Below are positions 22,828 through 35,794 of a stretch of 64,000 bases of DNA, piece by piece. Below the pieces are notes generated by a model. It was given only the letters and a program-made list of their open reading frames with translations. It did not search any database and was not told the origin of the DNA. Position 1 is the first letter of the stretch. Each line of letters opens with the position of its first letter. A program made the translations under genes and the position numbers. The stretch is from Heterodontus francisci (lineage: Eukaryota). Where the stretch lies: assembly GCF_036365525.1 (NCBI RefSeq), contig NC_090416.1, forward strand, positions 15,100,945-15,164,944. Direction: 5' to 3'.

Positions 22828-25800
22828 TCCTTGCAATTGAACAACAAGTTTGATGTTCTTGCAGCTTGTATGGACAAGAGTGAGGCCTGTAGTGTGGATG
22901 AGCAGACTGACCATGGCACCATGGTACAGGAAGCCTTTCAAACGGGGGAGCAAAAAGGGACAATAGTGGTAGTGGGGAACATTATGTTGAGGGGGATTGA
23001 CACTCTTCCCTGCAGCAATGAACGAGAGTCCCGAAGGCTGTGTGGCCTGCCCAGAGCCAGGGTTTAGGACATCTGCTCAGGGCTGGAGAGGAACTTACAA
23101 TGGCAGGGGTAGGATCCAGTTGTCGTGGTTCATGTAGGTACCAATGACATAGGCAGGACCAGCAAAGACGTTCTGCAAAGTCAGTATGAGGAGATTGGCA
23201 CCAAATTAAGAAGCAGAACCTCAAAGGTAATAATTTCTGGATTATTACCTGAACCACATACAAATTGGTGTAGGGCAAATCGGATTAGAGAAATGAATAT
23301 GTGTGGTAGAAGTAGGTTCTGGTTCATTGGACACAGGCAACAGTACTGGGGAAAGTGGTGGCTGTGTCGTTGGGATGGTTTACACCTGAACCGTGCTGGG
23401 ATCGGTGTTTAAGTGAGTCTCATAACTGGGGAAGTAGAGAGGGTTTTAAACTAAATAGTGGGAGAAAGGCATCAAATTTGGGAAGATGTGGCAAATCAAA
23501 GAGTAGAGACAAGGCAATAGAGAAAGGCAAAAATATGAGTTAAGATAAACAGACTGCGACAGGAAGTGACAGTGAGCACACATCTAAGAGTCAATCAGCA
23601 GACAAGGCCAGAGGTAACAAAAATAATGAAAGAAAAAAAAATGGTTCTGCATCTGAATGCACGGAGCATTCAATCAATACAGATGAACTGATAAAGCATA
23701 TAAAAATAAATAAGTAGGATCTGATAGCAATAACAGAGACACGGCTGCGGGATGACATAAATTGGAATCTGAATATTGAAGGGTTCATGGCATTTAAGAA
23801 GGGCAGGAAGCGAGAAAATGGTGGAGGGGTGGCTCTGTTAATTAATAATGATATTAGCACAATACAGAGGGATGACCTGTGTTCAGGAAATCAGGATGTA
23901 GAAACGGTTTGGATTGAGATAAGAAATGATAAAGGCAAGAAGTTCACTTGTGGGAGTGGTGTGCAGGCTCACTAACGGAACTCACATGGTAGGACTGAGT
24001 ATAAAGGAAAAAATATTGGGAGCTTGTCATAAAGGTACAGCAATAATCATGGACGATTTTTAATCAATATATAGACTGGAAAAATCAGATGAGCAAAGGT
24101 AGCCTCGATGAGGAGTTCATAGAATGCCTTCGGGATAGTTTCTTACAACAGCACGTTCTGGAGCTAACCAAATAGCCGGCTATACTAGACTTGGTATTGT
24201 GCAACGTGATAGGATTAATTCATGACCTCACAGTGAAGGCATACCTAGGCAGCACTGATCATAATAGGATTTAATTTTCCATTTAATTTGAGGGAGAGAA
24301 GAGTGGGTCACAGTCTAGCATTATGAACTGAAATAAGGGCAATTATGAGGTCATGAAAGCAGAGTTCGCAGAAGTGAACTGGTAGGTGAAGGGATGGGCC
24401 AATAGAGATGCACTGGCAGATTTTTGAGGGGATGTTTCAGAATACACAGCTTAGATCCATTCCAACAAGAGACAAAAATTCCAATAACCATTCGTGATTA
24501 ACTAAAAAAGTTCAAGATAGTACCAAATTTAAAGCCAAAGCATATGGTTGTGCAAAGATGGGAGGCAGTTCAGACGATTGGACACAATATAAACAGTAAA
24601 GAACGAAGGAGAAATTTGAGTACGAAAAAAAGCTGTCTGGAAATATAAAAACAGATAGTAAGAGTTTCTGTAGATGTTTTGAAAAGGAAACGGTTAACAA
24701 AGTGAGCGTTGGTTCTATAGCAAGTGTGTCTGGGGAATCAGTAATGGAAAATAAGGAGCTGGCAGATGAATTGAACAGGTATTTTGCATCGGTCTTCACC
24801 ATAGAGGATACAAGTGGCATCCCAGAAATAGCTGTAAATCCGGAAATGGAAATGAGAGAGGAACTCAAGAAAATTACAATCACCAGGGAATTGTTACTGA
24901 GCCAATTGTTGGAGCTGCAGGCTGACAAGTCTCTGGGTCCTGATGGACTTCATCCTAGGGTCTTAAAAAATGTGGCTAGTGAGATAGTTGATGCGTTGGT
25001 TTTAATTTTCCAAAATTCCCTAGATTTGGGCAAGGTTTGATTGTGAAATGGCCAATGTAACTGCTTTATTCAAAAAGGGAGAGAGACAGAAAGCAGAAAA
25101 CCCCAGATCAGTTAGCTTAACATCTGTCATAGAGAAAATGGGAGAAGCGATTATTCAAGATGTTATAGCAGGGCATTTAGAAAAATTCAAGTTAATCAGG
25201 CAGAGTCAACATAGTTTTGCGAAAGGGAAATCATATTTAACCAGTTTATTGGAGTCAATTCTTTGAGGGAGTCACATGTGCTGTGGATAAAGGGGAACCG
25301 GTGGATGTATTGTTCATAGATCTCCTGAAGGCATTTGATAAGGAGCCACATCAAAGGTTATTGCAGAAAATAAATGCTCATAGTGGAAGGGGTAACATTT
25401 TGTCATGGATAGAAGATTGGCTATCTAACAGGAAACTGAGAGGAGGCAAAATAGGTCATTATCTGGTTGGCAGGATGTAATGATTGGAGTGCCACAAGAA
25501 TCAGTTCTGGAGCCCCAAATTTTTACAATTTATATAAATTCCTTGGATGAAGGGGCCGAAGGTATGGTTGCTAAATTTGCTGAAGCCACAAAGATAGGTA
25601 GGAACATAAGTTGTGAAGAGGACATTTCTTTTTCTTTTGGTCCTCCTTATCTCGAGAGACAATGGATACGCGCCTGGAGGTGGTCAGTGGTTTGTGAAGC
25701 AGCGCCTGGAGTGGCTATAAAGGCCAATTCTGGAGTGACAGGCTCTTCCACAGGTGCTGCAGAGAAATTTGTTTGTCGGGGCTGTTGCACAGTTGACTCT

Positions 25801-27675
25801 CCCCTTGCGCCTCTGTCTTTTTTCCTGCCAACTACTAAGTCTCTTCGACTTGCCACATTTTAGCCCTGTCTTTATGGCTGCCCGCCAGCTCTGGTGAACG
25901 CTGGCAACTGACTCCCACGACTTGTGATCAATGTCACAGGATTTCATGTCGCATTTACAGACATCTTTAAAGCGGAGACATGGACGGCCGGTGGGTCTGA
26001 TACCAGTGGAGAGCTCGCTGTACACTGTGTCTTTGGGGATCCTGCCATCTTCCATGCAGCTCACATGGCCAAGCCATCTCAAGCGCCGCTGACTCAGTAG
26101 TGTGTACAAGCTGAGGATGTTGGCCGCCTCGAGGACTTCTGTGTTGGAGATACGGTCCTGCCACCTGATGCCAAGTATTCTCCGGAGGCAGCGAAGATGG
26201 AATGAATTGAGATGTCGCTCTTGGCTGGCATACGTTGTCCAGGCCTCGCTGCCATAGAGCAAGGTACTGAGGACACAGGCCTGATACACTCGGACTTTTG
26301 TGTTCCGTGTCAGTGCGCCATTTTCCCACACTCTCTTGGCCAGTCTGGACATAGCAGTGGAAGCCTTCCCCATGTGCTTGTTGATTTCTGCATCTAGAGA
26401 CAGATTACTGGTGATAGTTGAGCCTAGGTAGGTGAACTCTTGAACCACTTCCAGAGCGTGGTCGCCAATATTGATGGATGGAGCATTTCTGACGTCCTGC
26501 CCCATGATGTTCGTTTTCTTGAGGCTGATGGTTAGGCCAAATTCATTGCAGGCAGCCGCAAACCTGTCGATGAGACTCTGCAGGCACACTTCAGTGTGAG
26601 ATGTTAAAGCAGCATCGTCAGCAAAGAGGAGTTCCCTGATGAGGACTTTCCGTACTTTGGACTTCGCTCTTAGAGGGGCAAGGTTGAACAACCTACCACC
26701 TGATCTTGTGTGGTGGAAAATTCCTTCTTCAGAGGACTTGAACGCATGTGAAAGCAGCAGGGAGAAGAAAATCCCAAAAAGTGTGGGTGCGAGAACACAG
26801 CCCTGTTTCACGCCACTCAGGTAAGGAAAGGGCTCTGATGAGGAGCCACCATGGTGAATTGTGCGTTTCATATTGTTATGGAATGAGGTGATGATACTTA
26901 GTAGCTTTGGTGGACATCCAATCTATTCTAGACATAAGGAGCTACAAAGGGATATAGATAGGATAAGTGAGTGGGCAAAACTCTGGCAAATGGAGCATAA
27001 TGTGGGAAAATGGGAAATTGTTCATTTTAGCAGGAAGAATAAAAAAGCATATTATCGATATGGTGAGAGGTTGCAAAAGGTTAGTATGCAGGTACAGCAA
27101 GCAATGAGGAAAGCTTATAAAATGTTGTTGTTTATTGCAAGTTGAATTGAATAAAAAGTAGGGAGTTTATGCTGCAGTTATATCGGGCATTGTTGAGACC
27201 ACATCTTAAGTACTGTGTATAGTTAAGGTCTCCTCATTGAAGGAGATTGTGGACAGCCTCGGCTTGAATCCACTGGAGTTTATAAGAGTAAGTGGTGACT
27301 TGATTGAAACATATGATACTGAGGCGTCTTGCGAAGGTGGATGTGGAAATGATGTTTCCCCTTTTGGGAGAATCTAGAACTAGTGGTCACTGTTTAAAAA
27401 TAAGGGCTCTCCCATTTAGGACAGAGATGAGGAGAATGTTTTGTCTCTCAGAGGGTCGTGAGTCATTGGAATTCTCTTCCTCAAAAGGCGGTGGAAGAAG
27501 AGTCATTGAATGATTTTAAGGCAGAGATAGATAGATTCTTGACAGGCAAGGGGGTGAAAGGTTTTCAGGAGGAGGTGGGAATGTAGAGAATGTACAAATA
27601 GATTAACAACCGCCTTTTTGAATGACCAGCAGGCTTGAGGGGCTGAATGGCTGAATCCTGTTCCTAATTGCTATA
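22828..27675 (+). mobile_element. 5'-truncated CR1 LINE (ORF1 SGNH-esterase part + ORF2 APE/RT), decayed, containing a nested RTE
   Basis: VVVGNIMLRGID, VHVGTNDI and DGLHLN (ORF1); GGGVAL, GPDGLHPRVLK and KFAEATKI (ORF2). The empty site is visible at 11574/11575. Confidence 0.9.
25626..26930 (-). mobile_element. RTE-clade LINE, 5'-truncated, inserted into CR1
   Basis: 395-aa ORF with GVKQGCVLAP, LFADD and a C-terminal CSTC...HSRRC finger. A-rich tail. GACAT repeated at 25621-25625 and 26931-26935. Confidence 0.92.
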
Positions 27676-29438
27676 TTTAGAAATTCACGTGATGTGCTGA
27701 GCTCAGGATAATCCTCATCTTTCACTACAATAGATACTCACCAAAATACTTAAACAATTCAGTGCACCCAGTGCTTTGGGAATAACCTCCATTATTCTCA
27801 CAGGCAACCCTATTTAATTGGCAGATTGAGCATGGTTTCCCAGACGTCAGTGCGTTCATGCGATACAGGTTTGAACATCACGACGCACGGTTAAAATGTA
27901 AATACGCTCGAGGTCACGCACACTAATCGCCCCACCCACCATCCCTGCCCATGCTCAGTGGCGACACTCTGTCTCTCTTGCTCTAAGGGCATTTCACAGA
28001 CATTATTAAACATATTCAGAATCAACACTTCCATATCCAGGAGCATGGGAACAGGAGAAGATCCAAAGAGGATTATCCCACACTCCCCCACACTGAGCGG
28101 CCGCTGTCACATTTCAGATCCATTCACAACCTGGATAGACCCGCTTGGTACTTATTGCTCCCATCCTACACACATTACTGTGTCTCCTATCACAACACCG
28201 ACTGCAAACCTGGATATAAAACATTGTATTCTTTCACCTGAGTCACTAATAAATATGATGGCAGGATTGAGCCCCAACTTCCAATCCAACCCAAATTGAA
28301 GGCTGCCTCCAATTGCATGCAGTGTCAATTGTGACAATAATCTTTTGCGTCAATCCTGATTAATCCCTTCTGGGAGACCATCCAGACAACATTTATGGAG
28401 AGTCTTTTGCCTAAGAATAGTGACAGCCTCAAAAGATGTAACTATATTTATCGGATATTATTTAACTTTAACAAAACCATGTTGGCCCCTCTGTTCAGTT
28501 TACATTTGATAGTGTTCACTCACTCGATCCCTAATGTCAGAGTATAATAGCATCCCTACAACTGATATTACACTGACAGACCGGTAGTTACCTGGTTCCC
28601 CTCTCCCACCCTTCTTAAATTATCCAATATCTGAAGTATTGTGTACAGTTCTGGACAGACTATCCCAGAAAGTGAATATTGGATGATGTGGAGACACACC
28701 AGAATGTTATCAGGAATGCACGCATTAAATTATGAGGAACGATTACATAATCTAGGCTTGTATTGCTGGAATATAGAATGTTAAAAGTCGATTTGATTGA
28801 GATTTGTAGGATTTTGAAAAGGATTGATCGGGTACATTGAGAGAAACTATTCCTCTAGTCGGGGGCAATGTCCTGAACAAGGAGACATGTGTTTCAAATT
28901 CATAAATCCAGTGAGGAATTCAGGAGAAACCTCTTTACCCAGAGAGTGGTGAGAATGTGGAACTTGCTAACACAGGGAGTGGTTGAGGGGAATAGCAGAG
29001 ATAAGTGTTTCTGTCCTGTACTTTCATATAATGTTGTCTGGGCTGTAAATTATACTGTCAGTTCCCTCAATGTCCCTTTACGTGTTGAATAAAGTTGGAC
29101 CATATTAATTTCAGGTCAGCATTTCATCTTTATTAGGAGCTGTATGACACAAGTTCCCAAACACAACACGGTCACCGACTAAAGGGGAATCCGTTCCCAT
29201 TTTACACACAGAGAAAGTTTACACACAGGAAATTGGGGACAATTCTACAGGAAATTCCATGTCACAAAGTCAGACAATCATTTCACCCGCTTCTGATATT
29301 ATTCAACATTCGGGTTGCCCGCCAAAAACTGACATTGCTACAGTGATTACATTGCAAAATAACAAAAAAAGAGGATTCCACATATTGAATAATATTTCAT
29401 CAGCAATAAATCAAACTCTAAACCCCAGTTGCTCCCTC

Positions 29439-29767
29439 TCAGTCGGAACAAGTGGTGGAGCTGATGGTTTTGAGGAGAGGTGAGCTCAGAGAGCCGTGGT
29501 CCACACTGCATGTATAGCTGGAGCCCTTATTCCAGGCAGTGGCGGGGACTCTCAGGTAACTGCTCAGGCTGTAGGTTTGATCACTGTCCGTGGACACGGT
29601 GCCTGTGGTCACCCCGCTGTCTGTCTCTTTATCATCCACTCTCCAGAGAACCCGCACGAAACCCGGCTTAAAGCGGCTCACCAGGCAGGACAGAGTAGCC
29701 CATCCGGAGTCTATTTCTTCCGAGGAAGGAGGGAGCAGGAGAACTGATGGTTTCCGATCCTCACTAC
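29439..29767 (-). CDS. IgL constant exon C2
   Basis: SEDRKPSVLLLPPSSEEIDSGWATLSCLVS...YTCSV...TTCSD*. PolyA signal (plus-strand TTTATT) at 29129-29134. Confidence 0.95.
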
Positions 29768-31773
29768 CTGTTTGTGAGGGAAAAGAAAATTCATTAATAT
29801 CTAACCCATTCGCAGTGGGACACCCGGACCTGAAATCTGATTGGACGCTGTATAAACCCTCCTGATCCACATTAACTTTAAAATGAATTACTGATCCACT
29901 CAGGAGTTCCAATAAATTCTCAGATCTGTCGTTGCTGAGCTAATCTGCCAATTCATTTTCCTACATTACAACAGTGACTACACTGCAAAAATACTTCATT
30001 TGCTGGAAAGCTCTTTGGATCCCGAGGACCTTAAAAGTGCTGTATAAATGAAAGAAGCACAGACTGGGAGGGAGCAGCGGGAGACGATTCGGCCCGTCGT
30101 GCCTGTGCTTGTTCTTTGAAAGAGCGATCCAATTAGTCCCCACTCCCCCCGCTCTGTCCCCCACATCCCTGCACATTGCTCCCCTTCCAGTATTTATCCA
30201 ATTCCCCTTTTGAAAGTTACTATTGAATCTGCTTCCACCGCCCTTTCAGGCAGCGCGATCCAGATCACAACAACTCGCTGTGTAAAAAAAATTCTCCTCA
30301 TCTCCCCCTCTGATTCTTTTACCAATTATCTTCAATCTGTGTCCCTCTGGTTACCGACCCTCCTGCCACTGGAAACAGTTTCTCCTTATTTACTCTAACA
30401 AAACCCTTCCTGACTTCGAACGCCCAGATTAAATCTCCCCCTTAACCTTCGCTGCTCTAAGGAGAACAATCCCAGCTTCTCCCAGTCTCTCCACATTAAC
30501 TGAAGTCCCTCATCCCTGGTCCCATTCAGGTAAATCTATCTCCACACTGTCTCCGAGGCCTCGACATCCTTCCTAAAGTGGAGTGCCCAGAATTGGACCC
30601 AATACTCCAGCTGAGGCGTAACCAGAGATTTAGAAAGGTTTAATACTCCGCTTTGTTTTGTCGGCTTTATTCATAAAGCCGAGGATTCCATCTGCTTTTT
30701 AAACAGCGTTTTGGAACTCTCTCCCCAAAAAAGGTGTCGAGGCTGCAGATGGGGGATGGCGGATGGTGTCAATTAGAAAATTCAAAACTAATATTGATAG
30801 ATTTTTTGGGGGGGATGGGGATAGAGGGCTCCAGAACCAAATAGTTCAGATAGAGATCTAACTGAATTGTGGAACAGACTCGAGGGGCGAAATGGCCTCC
30901 ACCTGTCTATCTAGTCTTTAATCTCGGATGGCGTACTTTTGAGCGGACATTCTGCCGAGGCCTCATCTGCCCCTCTCAGGTGGGTGTGAAAGATCCCACA
31001 GCCGCTCTTGGAAGACGAGTGTGTGGGGGGCGGGGGTTGGGAGGAGTTCTCCTGAGGACAATATTTACCCGTCACTCAATATCACAAAAAACAGAGTAAC
31101 TGGTGTTCATCGTAGGGCTGCTTGTGGGATCTTGCTGTGCTTAAAGTGGCTGCTGATTTTCCCAGATTGCAACAGAGGCCACACTTCAAAATGTATTTCA
31201 CTGGCGGTAAGGCGATTCGGGACCTCCTGAGGTTGTGAAAGGCGCTATAGAAATGCAAGTCTAGTGCCTTTCAGGACTCCGACAGCCAATCTACGCACAG
31301 CAAGATCCCAAAGAGAGCAATGAGATAATGACCAGATAATTCATTTTTTTAAAGTGGTCTTGGTTAAGGGATAAATATTGTTCCCAGGACACTGGGTAGA
31401 ACTCCGCCCACCCCCGCCCCTCAGCCGCTCTTCAAATAGAGGCCATGGCACATGTGACATCCACTTGAGAGGGGCAGACGGGGCCTGGGTTTAACGTCTC
31501 CATCAAAAGCCAGCACAGAGATGAGAATGTTGTGGTTGACCAGGGATTGTTGGAAATGGAGAATGAAGAATAGTCTTAAACTAATTTTTAGAACAGTTCC
31601 TTTCCCCAGAAGCAGATTAATTCCAATTCTGACCTGTTTAACATTTCTGGGTGTAAATAGATCCACCACCAAATTTCACGAAATCGAAATTCATCTGCCG
31701 CTCGGCAATAAAATCGACCATAAATGAATAATATTTGAAGCAATATGAATGATAGGATGAGGAAATCACTTAC

Positions 31774-31811
31774 TCCGTATATTCAGGGCGGTCCCAGGTC
31801 CGAAGGTCCAC
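31774..31811 (-). CDS. IgL J segment 2 (WTFGPGTALNIR)
   Basis: FGxG motif and donor GTAAGT. Confidence 0.93.
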
Positions 31812-31850
31812 CACAGTGCAGCGTTTTAATGGGACGGGTCACCTAAAACC
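31812..31850 (-). other. J2 RSS, 23-bp spacer
   Basis: Plus strand CACAGTG-23-CCTAAAACC. Confidence 0.9.
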
Positions 31851-32165
31851 AAGGCTGGGAAGAAAGAGGGGAAAATATTAATAATCTGTCCTTTATCTCA
31901 TTCCCTTTCACATTCTGTCTTTCACAGGGGCCGGAATGCTGAGAGGCTGGAGAAAGATTTTCACATCTCAGTGAGGAAACCCTGAGAATATCAGTGTTTA
32001 CCTACCCAGCTAATAGCCCAAATAACGGGGAAAATCCAAATAAACCCATGGAATTCCAGTGAGATTTTCCTCAAGTTACATAAGGAATATTTCTGAAACT
32101 CATCCCACAGTCTCAGGCAGGAATATTTCAGTAGCTGTTGGAATTCTGAGTGGTTCTGTTGGTGC

Positions 32166-32193
32166 AGTTTTTGTATTGCCCTGTCTCACTGTG
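32166..32193 (-). other. V2 RSS, 12-bp spacer
   Basis: CACAGTG AGACAGGGCAAT ACAAAAACT. Confidence 0.95.
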
Positions 32194-32521
32194 TATGTAG
32201 CTGCTGAGCCATCCCCGGCAGCACAGTAATAGACGGCGGAGTCTCCCGGTTCCAAGCTGCTGATGGTCAGAATGTGACTGTTACTGGAGGTGTCTCTGGA
32301 AGGTTGAAAACGGTCCGTGAAGCCGGTGCCTCGATAGATGCTACCATCTGGATCATGCCTTATCACCCACACCGGAGCCTCCCTGGGTCGCTGTCGGTAC
32401 CAGTACATGTAGTAACTGCCCACATTGCCGTTCTGCATCACACACTTTAACCGGGAGGTCTCACCGGCGGAGACTGGGTCAGAAGTTGGGGTCTGATTGA
32501 GGACAGGAACCGCCAGGACAC
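32194..32521 (-). CDS. IgL V segment 2 (type I/NS5/sigma-cart-like)
   Basis: VPVLNQTP...LKC...WYRQ...DSAVYYCAAGDGSAAT, open and followed by RSS12. Confidence 0.95.
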
Positions 32522-32665
32522 CTTCAACACAAAACACAAGAGAGAGAGAAAAACACATTCAGTATATTGGAGTAAATAGGTCATTCATACATCAATAAAC
32601 GTGGCTGCAAAACCGGCCCATTCTCGGTATTTAACAGATAATCTGTGCCGAAAACAATCTCTCAC

Positions 32666-32714
32666 CTGTTAAGTGGAGCAGCAGGGCCCACAGGAGATGC
32701 ATCACTGCAGCCAT
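32666..32714 (-). CDS. IgL leader exon 2 (MAAVMHLLWALLLHLT)
   Basis: Hydrophobic signal peptide and phase-1 donor G|GTGAG. Confidence 0.9.
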
Positions 32715-35309
32715 TCCACCGGAAAAAGCGACAACAGCAACCGCCCAAATGTCCGCCTGAACCTGTTGCTGTAAACTGGGAGAGCGGCTCCGCTTTTCCA
32801 ATGTTTAACCGCCAATTGCAGTTTGCGTTGCGGGAAGGTTCCAATATCCGAAGATATTTTGCATTTAATAACTATTTAGTCTGTCCCTCCCACAGAATCA
32901 GGTGGTGCGGGTTGTGGAGATACCGATTAACGGATTGACTTTGCCCTCAATCACGGGGGTAACGCGCTGTTAAACTCTAATAAAAACAGAAAGTGCAATT
33001 TCTGATTTCCAGCATCTGCAGTACTTTGTTTTTATTTAAGTGTTAAACTCTGAAATCCTGCTTCACATTTTAAAATGTTTCATTCCCCTAAGATACCCAT
33101 TTCAGAACTGGCTGACATCGTTTCTCTCAGTCAGCAGTAAGACAAACCTACATTTATCTATCCCTTTTTAACATTTGACCTCACATGGGATTTGGTCTTC
33201 AGCCTGTAAATAAATCTCGGATGAAAATACTCCTGAGGTGGAGGAAAGGACTCATTAGATAAACGGGAAAGGGTGAGGACATTATAGACCCTGCTCCAGT
33301 TCACAGAGAAGTTGTTATATTACAGCCTGAGTCACTCCTTCTAAAACACAGCAGGACAAATAAAACTTGCCACAGTATTATTAAATGACACTTTGCCTTT
33401 AAGTTGCTTCTGGTCCGATTAAGATGCCCTTTTAAACCCTGTTGGATTAGCGACAGGGTCAGGATCTGTGATGTTGGAAACTTTAAATCTGTTTAGTGTA
33501 ATTCCCTTACTCCCCACATTGAGTCTCGGTCCGCGTTTTTTAACAGACAGAGCGAATCAGGTTTGTATCAGTTACTTGAGATCGAAGGGAAAATGCATTA
33601 AATTGTTGATAAGTGGGTTGGCCGGAGGTATGAACTTGAAAGGAAAAATTATTTTTGTTAAATAATGACGTAACTATGAAGTGAGTTATCAGTGTAGTTA
33701 GAAAATCAATCCGAGCGGCGGGAAGAATTGTCACTCCCGGGAGCATCCCAGTGAATTTAGACAGAGATAGGTTCCCACATGGACAAGGAACTTTTCGGTG
33801 AAGATCAGACGCTTGTTTCTATGCTTGAACTGATCAGTGATTGCCCTGATCTGTTAACATTATTTAAGGGGCTGAGGTGCTCAGACTGAAGCTTCTCTCT
33901 CAGCCTTGGACAAAGACCGGGGGCTTTCTTACTGCTGACACCGACACTTCCTGACTGGACAACCAATCACAGCAGAGCACAGCTCACACCGGTAACTGCA
34001 CCTCGGGCAGCATTTGTTGCCTATCCCTAATTGCCCTTGACAATTGGATGTCTTGTTGGGCTATTTCAGCGGGTAGTTAATAGTCAACCACATTGCTGCG
34101 GGTCTGGAGTCACATGTAGGCCAGACCGAGTAAGGATGGTTGATTTCTTTCCCTAAAGGACATCAGTGAACCAGATGGTGTTTTGCAACAATAAATGATA
34201 CTTTCATGGCACCATTACTGAGACTAGCTTTCAATTCCAGATTTTTATTTAGTAAATGTAAACTCCGCCACAAGCTGTGGTGAAATTTGAACCCATGCCC
34301 CAATGCATTAGCCTGGGCCATTGGATTATTAGTCCATTGACATTACCAATTTTGCCACCGCCTCCTCTAACTGCAAAGCCACTTATAAGGTTGGCAGTCC
34401 TCAAAGTGGAAAAATCACCAGCTCAGGATGGGATTCATCTTTAATTGCTGAGGGAAGTAAGGGAGGACATGACGGATGCTCTGGTCACAATCTTCCAATC
34501 GCTCTTGAAAATAACTGGAGGCAAATGATACACCGTTGTTTAAAAAGTTAGAGATAAACCCAGCAACTACAGGCCAGTGACCATAATGTCGGTGCTGGGG
34601 AAAGGTTTCAAAACTATATTAATCTGGGACAAAATTCATTGCATTTGGAAATGTACGGGTTAGTTGCTGAAAGTCAATACGGATTTTATGTTTGAGTAAC
34701 TTGATCGAGTTCTCTGACGAGGTAAGTGAGAGGATTGATGAGGGCAGTGTATGGTGTTGTGTATGAGGACTTTCAAAAAGCATTTGACAAAGTATCACAT
34801 AATAGACTTAATGGTAAATTAAAGGATTAAAGGGACAGTAACAGCATGGTTAGAAAGTCAGAAAGGAACAGAAAGCAGAGAGTATTCAACACAGAGATCG
34901 ATATATTATTGGATGTTGAGGGAATCAGGGGATATGGGGAACGGCCGGGAAAGTGGAATTGAGGTAGAAGATCAGCCATGATTGTATTAAATGGCAGAAC
35001 AGGCTGGAGGGGCCGAATGCCCTATTACTTATTCTTATGTGTGAAAGTCAAGAACTGGGTGTGAAATCCGAAAAAGAGCTTTATTGAGTTAAAAGCTACT
35101 GTAGGTCATCAAACATTTATCCGTCCAGTTAAATCCACAATCTTGATGATTCACATGGCTAAATAGCCAGGTTCCAGACTGTGTCTGAGAATGGCACTGA
35201 ATGCAGCTCAGCTCAGGCCCTCGTCATCAACCACAGGGGACCTGGGCGGTGTTTTGAAAGCCTTATTTTAGATCCTGATACCCAAATCGATGCTGTTTTT
35301 GTCTTGTTT

Positions 35310-35475
35310 GTGAGGTGGCGCAGGTGGTTTGGTCACTCGCTGCAGGGGGTGGGAGAGGAGTCCCGGGGAGGATCCGAAACCTCCCTGTTCACTGTCTGAT
35401 AAGCAGCAGAGAGCAGCAGCATCTGGGCCCAGTTCCCCTGCTCTGAAACACCGCAGGACCGACTGTGGACACAAA
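35310..35475. promoter_or_regulatory. Candidate enhancer, copy 2 (degenerate)
   Basis: EICE changed to GGATCCGAAA (35370-35379) and the TGTGGT sites are altered. The E-boxes are kept. Confidence 0.35.
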
Positions 35476-35794
35476 CAGGACGGAAATCTCAGAAACACCG
35501 TTAAACGGTCACATTCTTGGACACGTCACACATTTACAACAAAACAACCCATTATCTGTACTGGGCCTCTCAGGAGAACTGAACTGAACTCCTGCTTCAA
35601 AACACTCCTCAAAACCTACCTCTTTAACCGAGCTTTTGGTCAGCTTTCCTAACACCTCCTTATCTGGCTCAGTGGCACATTTTGTCCTGTGAAATGCCTT
35701 GGGACGTTTTACTAAGTTAAAGGTGCCTTGTAAATGCAAGGGTGACGCCTGTGGTCTCAGCACTGACCCACACAAGGTTAAGAAAGTTTCAGAT

